DNA of 64,000 nt from Lachnospiraceae bacterium UBA1755 (GCA_002314805.1 DCHJ01000038.1:31957-95956), one strand, 5' to 3'; positions 9,817 to 16,950 are shown, counted from the first letter of the stretch. A program made the numbers and translations. Notes: a model not told the origin generated them from the letters alone.

Positions 9817-9948
9817 ATGTTGAAGATAAGTGAATTTTCGAAACAATCACATCTGACGGTTAAAGCCTTGAGATTTTACGAAGTAGAAGGCCTTCGGGTA
9901 ATCGACATTCGTTGGAGTTTGACTCCGAATGTTGGTGGCTACCGTTAG
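9817..9948 (+). pseudogene. Stump of a MerR-family regulator gene (N-terminal HTH only, 43 codons)
   Basis: MLKISEFSKQSHLTVKALRFYEVEGL is a typical MerR N-terminal HTH. The frame then runs into the 61-nt repeat and stops at TAG (9946-9948) right after GGYR. Intact MerR proteins are at least about 120 aa. Confidence 0.55.
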
Positions 9949-10000
9949 GGAATGCCGAATAACTCCGACAATGGTTGGGGGCAACCGTTGGGGTTTACAA
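9900..10000. repeat. Copy B of the 61-nt repeat plus a tandem partial (about 40-nt) extra unit
   Basis: 9900-9960 aligns without gaps to 184-244 (52/61). 9961-10000 (aactccgacaatggttgggggcaaccgttgggg..) repeats the 3' two-thirds of the unit with a 3-nt insertion. Confidence 0.75.
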
Positions 10001-10020
10001 TCAAATAGCACTAATAGCAG

Positions 10021-10048
10021 GTGGGTGAAGCAGAAACGCTTCACCCAC
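10021..10048. terminator. Hairpin downstream of the convergent giant gene and ABC permease
   Basis: gtgggtgaagc-agaaac-gcttcacccac, with an 11-bp perfect stem. It is followed by ttctta on the + strand. Confidence 0.5.
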
Positions 10049-10113
10049 TTCTTATGCAATGAATTCATTCGGTATTAGTTATTGCTGATGCATGTGTTAT
10101 TGCTGCTGCCTGT

Positions 10114-11280
10114 TTAATTCTTTGCGTTCTTTGTGACCTCATCAATTGCAACAGCGAACAGAAGGACAAGACCCTTTGCAAGGTACTTCTCAAAGGATCC
10201 CATAGAGAGGATAGACATACCGTTTTCGAGAGAAGCCATTACAAGAGCTCCGATCACACAGCCGACGACCTTACCCTTGCCACCTGCAGGTGATGTACCT
10301 CCGATGATCGCAGAAGCGATAACGTCTGTTTCATTGCCCTGACCTGCTGCTATAGCTGCAGAATTAAGTCTTGCTGTATATACGATACCGGAAACAGCTG
10401 CCATGGTACCTTCAAGGATGAAGAGTATCCATGTGACCTTCTGAACATTGACACCTGAGAGAGCTGCTGCCTCACGGTTGCCGCCGATAGCATATATATG
10501 ACGTCCGAAGGCTGTATTAAGAGATACAAAGCTTACTCCCAGGATGACAACTGCCAGAATTAAAAGAGGTACTGCCACGCCACGGTCCTGAGCAAAGATC
10601 CAGAAGAAGACTGCAATCACAGCACTGAGAAGTATAAGCCTTGCAGCAAAGAGACCTTTAGACTCGACTGCAAAATTGTATTTCTTCTTATTTCTGCGGA
10701 TATTGAACTGTGTGATTATAAAAATGACTATGGCAATTACTCCGACAAGAAGAGCAGTCCCGTTGATCGATGCATCCGCGCCGAAGATATTGGGAAGGTA
10801 TCCCTGTCCGATAACCTTGAAGGCTTCATTATTGGGCTGGATCGTCTGGGAATTAGTAACAGCGATAATGAGTCCTCTGAATACCCACTCGGATGAAAGC
10901 GTAACGATGAATGCAGGAAGGTGCATCCTGGCAACCCAGAAGCCCTGCCAGAGACCAACGAGTGAACCTGCAAGTATTGTTACAATAAGCGCCGGCACTA
11001 TACCCCAGTTTGCAAACTTGAGGAAGTATGCTATGAGCGCACCGCAGAAACCGATAACCGATCCTACAGAAAGATCGATATGACCGCAGACCATTATAAG
11101 TACCATGGTACTTGATGCAATACCGATGAATGCCATCTGGAGGAAAAGATTAGTAATGTTCATAGGAGTAAGGAATACTCCCTGTGTAGTGATTCCAAAT
11201 ACGATCCAGATCACGGCAAGAAGAATGATCATGGTGTATTGCTGAATATTTCTTCTGATAGTATTTTTTAATTCCTGCAT
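10114..11280 (-). CDS. Monosaccharide ABC transporter permease (XylH/CUT2-like)
   Basis: About 388 aa and polytopic, with the size and hydrophobic pattern of XylH/MglC-type permeases. The start is taken at the ATG at 11280 (MQELKNT) after GAGAAGGGG. The listed upstream start is a TTG overlapping the ATPase stop. Confidence 0.85.
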   Translation of the reverse strand: MQELKNTIRRNIQQYTMIILLAVIWIVFGITTQGVFLTPMNITNLFLQMAFIGIASSTMVLIMVCGHIDLSVGSVIGFCGALIAYFLKFANWGIVPALIVTILAGSLVGLWQGFWVARMHLPAFIVTLSSEWVFRGLIIAVTNSQTIQPNNEAFKVIGQGYLPNIFGADASINGTALLVGVIAIVIFIITQFNIRRNKKKYNFAVESKGLFAARLILLSAVIAVFFWIFAQDRGVAVPLLILAVVILGVSFVSLNTAFGRHIYAIGGNREAAALSGVNVQKVTWILFILEGTMAAVSGIVYTARLNSAAIAAGQGNETDVIASAIIGGTSPAGGKGKVVGCVIGALVMASLENGMSILSMGSFEKYLAKGLVLLFAVAIDEVTKNAKN

Positions 11281-11294
11281 TGTATGGCCCCTTC

Positions 11295-12833
11295 TCAATT
11301 ATTCTTATTCATATGTTTTTCGCCGGTACAGTACTCCATAACCAGCTCCTGAGTTGCATCCCTGTAATCAAGCTCACCGGTAATACTTCCTTCGTGCATT
11401 ACATAGATCCTGTCGCTCATTCCCAATACCTCGGGGAGCTCAGATGATATCATGATGACACTCATTCCTTTATCCACCAGATCATTCATGATATTGTAGA
11501 TCTCGACCTTGGCACCTACGTCGATACCTCTGGTAGGCTCATCCATGATAAGAACTGTCGGGTGTGTCATAAGCCACTTGGCAAGTACTACCTTCTGCAT
11601 ATTGCCGCCTGAAAGGTTGCGGGTAAGCTGCTCGAGGGAGGGAGTCTTTACATTGAGTGCAGTCACATACTCAGCAACCTCCTTAAGAAGCTCATTGTCA
11701 TCGATCACGCCACCCTTTGAAAGTCTCTGCAGAACCGGAAGAGAGACATTGAACCTGATATCCTGCATGAGGATAAGCCCGTAACGCTTTCGGTCTTCAG
11801 ATACATAGCAGATACCGTTTTTAATCGCATCCTCACTGCTGTGGATCTCGATCTTTTCACCATTGTAATATGCCTGACCGCGAATATTGTTGCCATAGGC
11901 ACCGATAAGGCTCATCATAAGTTCTGTACGCCCGGCACCCATGAGACCTGCAATACCTACGATCTCTCCGCGGCGCACATTGATATTGATATTATGCAGA
12001 ACTTCCTTATCCTTGATCTGCGGGTGATCAACAGACCAGTCCTTCATTTCAAAGAGAACTTCTCCCGGATGATGCTCCCTGCGGGGGAACATCTGGGTAA
12101 GGCTGCGTCCTACCATATATGAGATCATTTCTGATTTGGTGATTTCATTTCTGGCTTTTGTGATGACTGTCTGTCCGTCCCGAAGTACCGTGATGGTGTC
12201 TGCAATGCTCATTACCTCATCAAGCTTATGTGAAATATAGATACAAGTCACGCCTTCTGACCGGAACTCACGGATGAGAGAGAGGAGTCTGGCTGACTCA
12301 TCATCTGTAAGTGCTGCCGTAGGCTCATCCAGGATGAGAAGTCTTGCGTTCTTGCTGATCGCTTTGGCTATCTCGAGCAGCTGCATCTGACCGACACCCA
12401 GACTGAGTACCTTTGTCTCAGGGTTGATGCTGAGGTGAACCCTTTCGAGAGCTTCCGATGTCCTTTTATATGTCTCAGGCCAATTTATTATGCCCTGTTT
12501 GTTTTTGATTTCATTGCCCAGGAATATGCTTTCCGCAATATTGAGGTTTGTACATAAAGCAAGCTCCTGATTGATAATTGCTATTCCGGCATGTTCTGAA
12601 TCTCTTGTTGATCTGAACTTCTGAATCTCGCCGTTATATACTATATTGCCTTCATATGTACCGTATACGTGTATTCCGCTGAGAACCTTCATGAGAGTAG
12701 ACTTTCCGGCACCGTTTTCACCTACCAGAGCGTGGATCTCACCACGCCTTACGTCGAAGCTGACATTATCGAGTGCTTTGACGCCCGGGAAGGTTTTAGT
12801 AATATTCTGCATCTGCAGGATAAAATCTTCCAT
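11295..12833 (-). CDS. Sugar ABC transporter ATP-binding protein with duplicated ABC domains (XylG/MglA-like)
   Basis: Two Walker A motifs (GENGAGKST and GLMGAGRTE) and two signature motifs (LSLGVGQMQ and LSGGNMQK). The start is taken at MEDFILQMQNITKTF. Confidence 0.9.
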   Translation of the reverse strand: MEDFILQMQNITKTFPGVKALDNVSFDVRRGEIHALVGENGAGKSTLMKVLSGIHVYGTYEGNIVYNGEIQKFRSTRDSEHAGIAIINQELALCTNLNIAESIFLGNEIKNKQGIINWPETYKRTSEALERVHLSINPETKVLSLGVGQMQLLEIAKAISKNARLLILDEPTAALTDDESARLLSLIREFRSEGVTCIYISHKLDEVMSIADTITVLRDGQTVITKARNEITKSEMISYMVGRSLTQMFPRREHHPGEVLFEMKDWSVDHPQIKDKEVLHNININVRRGEIVGIAGLMGAGRTELMMSLIGAYGNNIRGQAYYNGEKIEIHSSEDAIKNGICYVSEDRKRYGLILMQDIRFNVSLPVLQRLSKGGVIDDNELLKEVAEYVTALNVKTPSLEQLTRNLSGGNMQKVVLAKWLMTHPTVLIMDEPTRGIDVGAKVEIYNIMNDLVDKGMSVIMISSELPEVLGMSDRIYVMHEGSITGELDYRDATQELVMEYCTGEKHMNKNN

Positions 12834-12920
12834 AGTTAACCAATCCTTGTCGTTATTTGCTGACCTGACAATACAATACCCAGCCGGCACGAAGCCGACT
12901 GGGATAAAGTACACTATTAA

Positions 12921-14018
12921 TTATTTGCCCTTGATTTCTTCTTCTGTATGATAGCCTGACTCCCATACGATATTCATGTTGTTCTTGTCAACATATTCGC
13001 ATGTTACGAGAACAGCCGGAACATCGATCGGATTTCCGTCTGCATCTGCGCCTACCATTGTGTTGCCCTTTGTATCATACTTGCCGTTCTTAACAAGCTC
13101 TACTGCAGCATCAACAGCCTTGCGGCCCATATCACGTGAATCACCGAATACTGTCATAGACTGTGTACCTGCAAGGATCCTCTGGCATGCTGCAACTTCG
13201 CAGTCCATTCCGGTGATGAAGGTCTTCTTGGCCTGCTCGTCGCCGAGTGCTGCGATCGCACCTGATGCAAGACCATCGTTGGGTGAAAGGACAGCATCGA
13301 TCTCGATTCCCTGAGCAGCTGCGATAGACATAGCGTTCTCAACGTGCTTTGTAGCCTCTGACGGCTGCCAGCCGATACACTCATTATCAGAGATAACATT
13401 GATTGCTCCCTTGTCGATGTACTCCTGAAGAGGCTCGATACCACCGCCGTAGTAGAGAGGTGCACATGAGTCACCGGGATCACCGTGCAGAACAATAATG
13501 TTGCCCTTAACTTCGCCGTACTTCTTCTCAAGGTTCTCTTTAATGAAGTTGCCCTGAAGATTTCCCTGATACCATGAGTCAAATGTAATGTAGAGATCAA
13601 GATCCTTGGTACCTGTGATCATACGGTCATAGGAGAGTACATAGATGCCGTTCTTCTTGCACTCTTCAACGATAGCTGCTGCTGCGTTTCCGTCGTTGGG
13701 GGCAATGATAAGAGCCTGAATGCCCTGAGCGATCATTGTGGAAACCTGATCCTTCTGCTTGTTGGAGTCACCCTCTGCACATGCTGATACGCACTCTACA
13801 CCGAGCTTCTCACATTCTTCCTTCATTGCCTTCTCATCAACTGACCAGCGCTCCTCGGCGTATGTCGGCATTGAGATACCGATCTTGATCTTTCCTTCGG
13901 AATCAGCTGCCTTTTCCTCGGTCTTTGCTTCAGCCTTGGTCTCTGTCTTTGCACCGCAGCCGGCTGCCATGCCGATCACCATAACTGATGCAAGCAGGAG
14001 AGCAATAATTTTCTTCAT
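12921..14018 (-). CDS. Sugar ABC transporter substrate-binding lipoprotein (XylF-like)
   Basis: Lipobox in MKKIIALLLASVMVIGMAAGC. Periplasmic-binding fold I pattern: KIKIGISMPTYAEERW..QALIIAPNDG. AGGAGG RBS. Confidence 0.85.
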   Translation of the reverse strand: MKKIIALLLASVMVIGMAAGCGAKTETKAEAKTEEKAADSEGKIKIGISMPTYAEERWSVDEKAMKEECEKLGVECVSACAEGDSNKQKDQVSTMIAQGIQALIIAPNDGNAAAAIVEECKKNGIYVLSYDRMITGTKDLDLYITFDSWYQGNLQGNFIKENLEKKYGEVKGNIIVLHGDPGDSCAPLYYGGGIEPLQEYIDKGAINVISDNECIGWQPSEATKHVENAMSIAAAQGIEIDAVLSPNDGLASGAIAALGDEQAKKTFITGMDCEVAACQRILAGTQSMTVFGDSRDMGRKAVDAAVELVKNGKYDTKGNTMVGADADGNPIDVPAVLVTCEYVDKNNMNIVWESGYHTEEEIKGK

Positions 14019-14065
14019 ATTTTTTCCTCCTAAATATTATGGACTTTTCGCCCAAAGTTGGTTGT

Positions 14066-14094
14066 ATTATATCAAAGTTTGTTATACCATACAA
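14066..14094 (-). promoter_or_regulatory. Promoter of the xyl-type ABC operon, bracketed by an inverted repeat
   Basis: On the minus strand: TTGTAT (-35), 17-nt spacer, TGaTATAAT (extended -10). GTTGTAT (14061-14067) and ATACAAC (14089-14095) form a 7-bp inverted repeat enclosing the core promoter. Confidence 0.45.
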
Positions 14095-14280
14095 CAGAAG
14101 TATGTACTCCGTGACTGATATTGCACATTTGCTTGCTTATTTCATACCTGACCATTGCTGTGTCAATTATGCACGCTGCATTTTATTTCCTTTAATTTTC
14201 GTCCCGGGCAGATGGCATGGCGGCTTTTCACACCCGCAATGCCTGTGATAATTCTAACCGGATAATAGCTGCAGCAAAGC

Positions 14281-14310
14281 GGTAACCAACGGTAACAAAA
14301 GGTAACAAAA
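14281..14310. repeat. Three tandem 10-nt units upstream of the rplU promoter
   Basis: ggtaaccaac ggtaacaaaa ggtaacaaaa. The array ends 13 nt before the -35 hexamer. Confidence 0.6.
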
Positions 14311-14323
14311 TTGCAGTATATCA

Positions 14324-14352
14324 TTGACATTACAGGCCACGGATGCTAAAAT
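14324..14352 (+). promoter_or_regulatory. Consensus sigma-A promoter of rplU-rpmA
   Basis: TTGACA (14324-14329), 17-nt spacer, TAAAAT (14347-14352). Confidence 0.65.
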
Positions 14353-14358
14353 ACTTCG

Positions 14359-14438
14359 GTATGCCGCTCAAAGAGGTTATAAGTATCACGCATAGTGATC
14401 ACCGTATTTGGCGAGTAATGATTAGAGGAGGATCCACA
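14359..14438 (+). promoter_or_regulatory. rplU 5' leader (possible L21-leader-type autoregulatory element)
   Basis: About 80-nt untranslated leader between the promoter and the ATG at 14439. Firmicute rplU operons are known to carry an L21 leader. I did not verify the structure. Confidence 0.3.
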
Positions 14439-14747
14439 ATGTACGCTATTATTGCAACAGGCGGCAAGCAGTACAAGGTATCTGAAGGCGATATCATTAA
14501 GGTTGAGAAGCTTGGAGTCGCTGAGGGTGAGACAGTAAGATTTGATCAGGTTCTTGCAGTTAATGATGGAACTATGAAGATCGGTACACCTACAGTATCT
14601 GGTGTCACTGTAACAGCAACCGTTGTACGCGAGGGCAAGGAGAAGAAGGTCCTTGTTGTTAAGTACAAGAGCAAAAAGGGTGAGCGCAAGAAGAACGGTC
14701 ACAGACAGCTGTTCACAATGGTTAAGATTGACAAGATCAACGATTAA
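14439..14747 (+). CDS. rplU: 50S ribosomal protein L21
   Basis: [25 protein letters not shown].., 102 aa, GAGGAGG RBS. Confidence 0.95.
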   Translation: MYAIIATGGKQYKVSEGDIIKVEKLGVAEGETVRFDQVLAVNDGTMKIGTPTVSGVTVTATVVREGKEKKVLVVKYKSKKGERKKNGHRQLFTMVKIDKIND

Positions 14748-14788
14748 TGTAAAAGCATTCCAAGTTTAGAAAGAAGGAGGAAACAGGC

Positions 14789-15046
14789 ATGGCTCATAAA
14801 AAGGGTGTCGGTTCTACTAAGAACGGTCGTGATTCCGAGTCCAAGCGTTTAGGTGCCAAGAGAGCAGACGGACAGTTTGTATTGGCAGGAAATATTCTCT
14901 ACAGACAGCGTGGTACACATATTCATCCAGGTACTAACGTAGGCCGCGGCGGTGATGATACATTATTTGCAACTGCTGACGGATATGTTAAGTTCGAGAG
15001 AATGGATAAGTATCGCAAGCAGGTTTCTGTTTATCCGGAGAAGTAA
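14789..15046 (+). CDS. rpmA: 50S ribosomal protein L27 (no N-terminal propeptide)
   Basis: [25 protein letters not shown].., with GGAGGA RBS. It starts directly at the mature-type N-terminus. Confidence 0.95.
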   Translation: MAHKKGVGSTKNGRDSESKRLGAKRADGQFVLAGNILYRQRGTHIHPGTNVGRGGDDTLFATADGYVKFERMDKYRKQVSVYPEK

Positions 15047-15062
15047 TTCATCAGACAAGGCG

Positions 15063-15096
15063 AGGGCTTCATACAGTTGTATGAGGCCCTTTTATT
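15063..15096 (+). terminator. Rho-independent terminator after rpmA
   Basis: 12-bp stem agggcttcatac / gtatgaggccct (one G-U pair), 4-nt loop, then ttttatt. Confidence 0.7.
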
Positions 15097-15108
15097 CACA
15101 TCAGCTGT

Positions 15109-15223
15109 GATCGGTACATCTGCAGCATCCGGTGTCACTGTAACAGCAGCCGCTGTGCGTGAGGGCAAGGAGAAGAAGATCCTTGTTGTTAAGTACAAGA
15201 GCAAAAAGGGTGAGCGCAAGTAA
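15109..15223 (+). pseudogene. Duplicated fragment of the rplU 3' region
   Basis: 15109-15220 aligns without gaps to 14579-14690 at a constant offset of 530. There are 9 mismatches in 112 nt, all transitions, and the last 51 nt are identical. A TAA replaces the next rplU codon. No RBS or start codon. Confidence 0.8.
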
Positions 15224-15422
15224 ATTCCGGACCGCGGCGGCCTGTTATTACTTCGGTCAGGATCCAAGGTCAGGGTCTCAGGACTGATTCGTGTAAGACT
15301 TCGCGCCGGACAGCGCAGTAACAGCAGCTATATTACGATAACAATTATTATATGATTCCGTCAGGCGCATATGCGGGTGCGCACGTGTACATGAACGGTC
15401 TCAAAGAATGTAACAGGATATT

Positions 15423-16709
15423 ATGTTTGCAGACAGAGCTAAAATAGTAATTAAATCAGGTAACGGCGGAGACGGCCATATCAGCTTCAGGCGTGAAAAA
15501 TTCGTTGCGGCAGGCGGTCCCGACGGAGGTGACGGCGGAAAGGGCGGTGACATCATCTTTGTAGTTGATGACGGTCTTAACACGCTTATTGACTTTAAAC
15601 ACAAGACAAAATATGTTGCAGGAAACGGTGAGCCCGGCGGCAAGCGCCGCTGTCACGGTGCCAATGCAGATGATCTGATCATCAGAGTACCGGAAGGTAC
15701 CGTGATCAAGGAGCTTCAGTCGGAGAAGGTCATAGCCGATATGAGCGGAGACCATCGCCGTGAGATCATACTGCGCGGCGGCAAGGGCGGTACCGGCAAT
15801 ATGCATTACGCAACTTCTACCATGCAGGTACCCAAGTATGCAAAACCCGGACAGCCCGGCAAGGAGCTTCAGGTATTGCTTGAGCTCAAGGTGATCGCTG
15901 ATGTAGGACTTGTGGGCTACCCAAATGCGGGTAAATCCACGCTTATCTCTGCCGTGTCCAACGCAAGACCCAGGATCGCCGACTATCCTTTTACTACATT
16001 AACGCCTAATCTGGGCGTCATCGACATGGGAGATGGCAGCAGCTTTATTATGGCTGATATCCCCGGTCTGATAGAGGGTGCTGCTGAGGGTGCCGGACTG
16101 GGACATTATTTCCTCAGACACATTGAGCGTACCAAGATGCTGCTTCATGTGGTAGATGCCGCAGGTACGGAAGGGCGTGATCCTGTTAATGATCTTAAGG
16201 TCATGATGGACGAGCTCAGGAGATATGATGATCGGCTCCTGGAGAAGCCTATGCTCATTGCAGCCAACAAGACAGATATTCTTGATCCGTCAGCCGATGA
16301 TCCCGTTGCGCGCATACAGGAAGCCTATCCGGATATCAGAGTGCTGCCGATATCTGCATTTACCCACTCCGGTACAGATGAACTCCGCAAAGCCATCTGG
16401 GAGGTCATAAGGGATATGCCGCGCGAAGTACGCGTATTTGAAAAGGAATACGATGTAGAGTATAATGATGATGCAAATCTTCCCTATACCGTCACCAAAG
16501 AGGAGACTAAGGACGGAGAGAAGTACGTCGTGGAGGGTCCCCGCATAGAGAAGATGCTCGGATATACCAACCTTGATACCGAGAAGGGCTTTGATTTCTT
16601 CCAGAAGTTCCTGAAGGAAGCCGGGATCCTTGACCAGCTTGAGGCTCTGGGCATTAAGGAAGGTGACACGGTCCGCATGTACGGGCATGAGTTTGACTAT
16701 TATAAGTAA
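15423..16709 (+). CDS. obg: GTPase Obg
   Basis: MFADRAKIVIKSGNGGDGHISFRREKFV..GGPDGGDGGKGGD. G-domain motifs GYPNAGKST, DIPGLIEGA and NKTD. Confidence 0.95.
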   Translation: MFADRAKIVIKSGNGGDGHISFRREKFVAAGGPDGGDGGKGGDIIFVVDDGLNTLIDFKHKTKYVAGNGEPGGKRRCHGANADDLIIRVPEGTVIKELQSEKVIADMSGDHRREIILRGGKGGTGNMHYATSTMQVPKYAKPGQPGKELQVLLELKVIADVGLVGYPNAGKSTLISAVSNARPRIADYPFTTLTPNLGVIDMGDGSSFIMADIPGLIEGAAEGAGLGHYFLRHIERTKMLLHVVDAAGTEGRDPVNDLKVMMDELRRYDDRLLEKPMLIAANKTDILDPSADDPVARIQEAYPDIRVLPISAFTHSGTDELRKAIWEVIRDMPREVRVFEKEYDVEYNDDANLPYTVTKEETKDGEKYVVEGPRIEKMLGYTNLDTEKGFDFFQKFLKEAGILDQLEALGIKEGDTVRMYGHEFDYYK

Positions 16710-16738
16710 TCACGTATCAGACCTTCCGGTCATGACTT

Positions 16739-16947
16739 AATTCACAGGGGATTTTCAAAGGATTCACAGGAATTTTTCAGGGGATTTTCAAAGGATTCAC
16801 AGGTAATTCTCAAAGGATTCACAGGAATTTCTCAGGGGATTAACAAGAATTCGCGGGAAGTTTTCATAGAATTTACAGGGATTTTTCGGAGAATTCACAA
16901 AGGATTTTCAGAGAATCAACCAAAATATTCAGAGGAAATTATACAGA
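16739..16947 (+). repeat. 19 tandem 11-nt units in perfect register (consensus rATTyyCArrG), GGA-rich
   Basis: Unit boundaries fall at 16739, 16750, 16761 ... 16937 with no indels. There are 12 GGA triplets on the + strand. No ORF in any frame. The array ends 3 nt before the yhbY ATG. Confidence 0.85.
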
Positions 16948-16950
16948 GCA

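Noticed and set aside
9847-10068. 73-aa minus-strand ORF in the island / transporter spacer
   Set aside because: It is composed entirely of the repeat units and the hairpin at 10021-10048. It has no RBS and is better explained as non-coding.
15044-15223. The rplU-like fragment lies in the same frame as rpmA beyond its TAA (possible stop-codon read-through extension)
   Set aside because: There is a one-in-three chance of frame coincidence. The intervening sequence is a terminator hairpin, and no read-through context or recoding signal is evident.
15365-15392. Cluster of short palindromes (CGCATATGCG, GTGCGCAC, CACGTG, TGTACA) 30-55 nt upstream of obg, resembling a polylinker
   Set aside because: Each is only 6-10 bp, and nothing links them to a known operator. 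The cluster may overlap the obg promoter or leader, but I cannot support a function.
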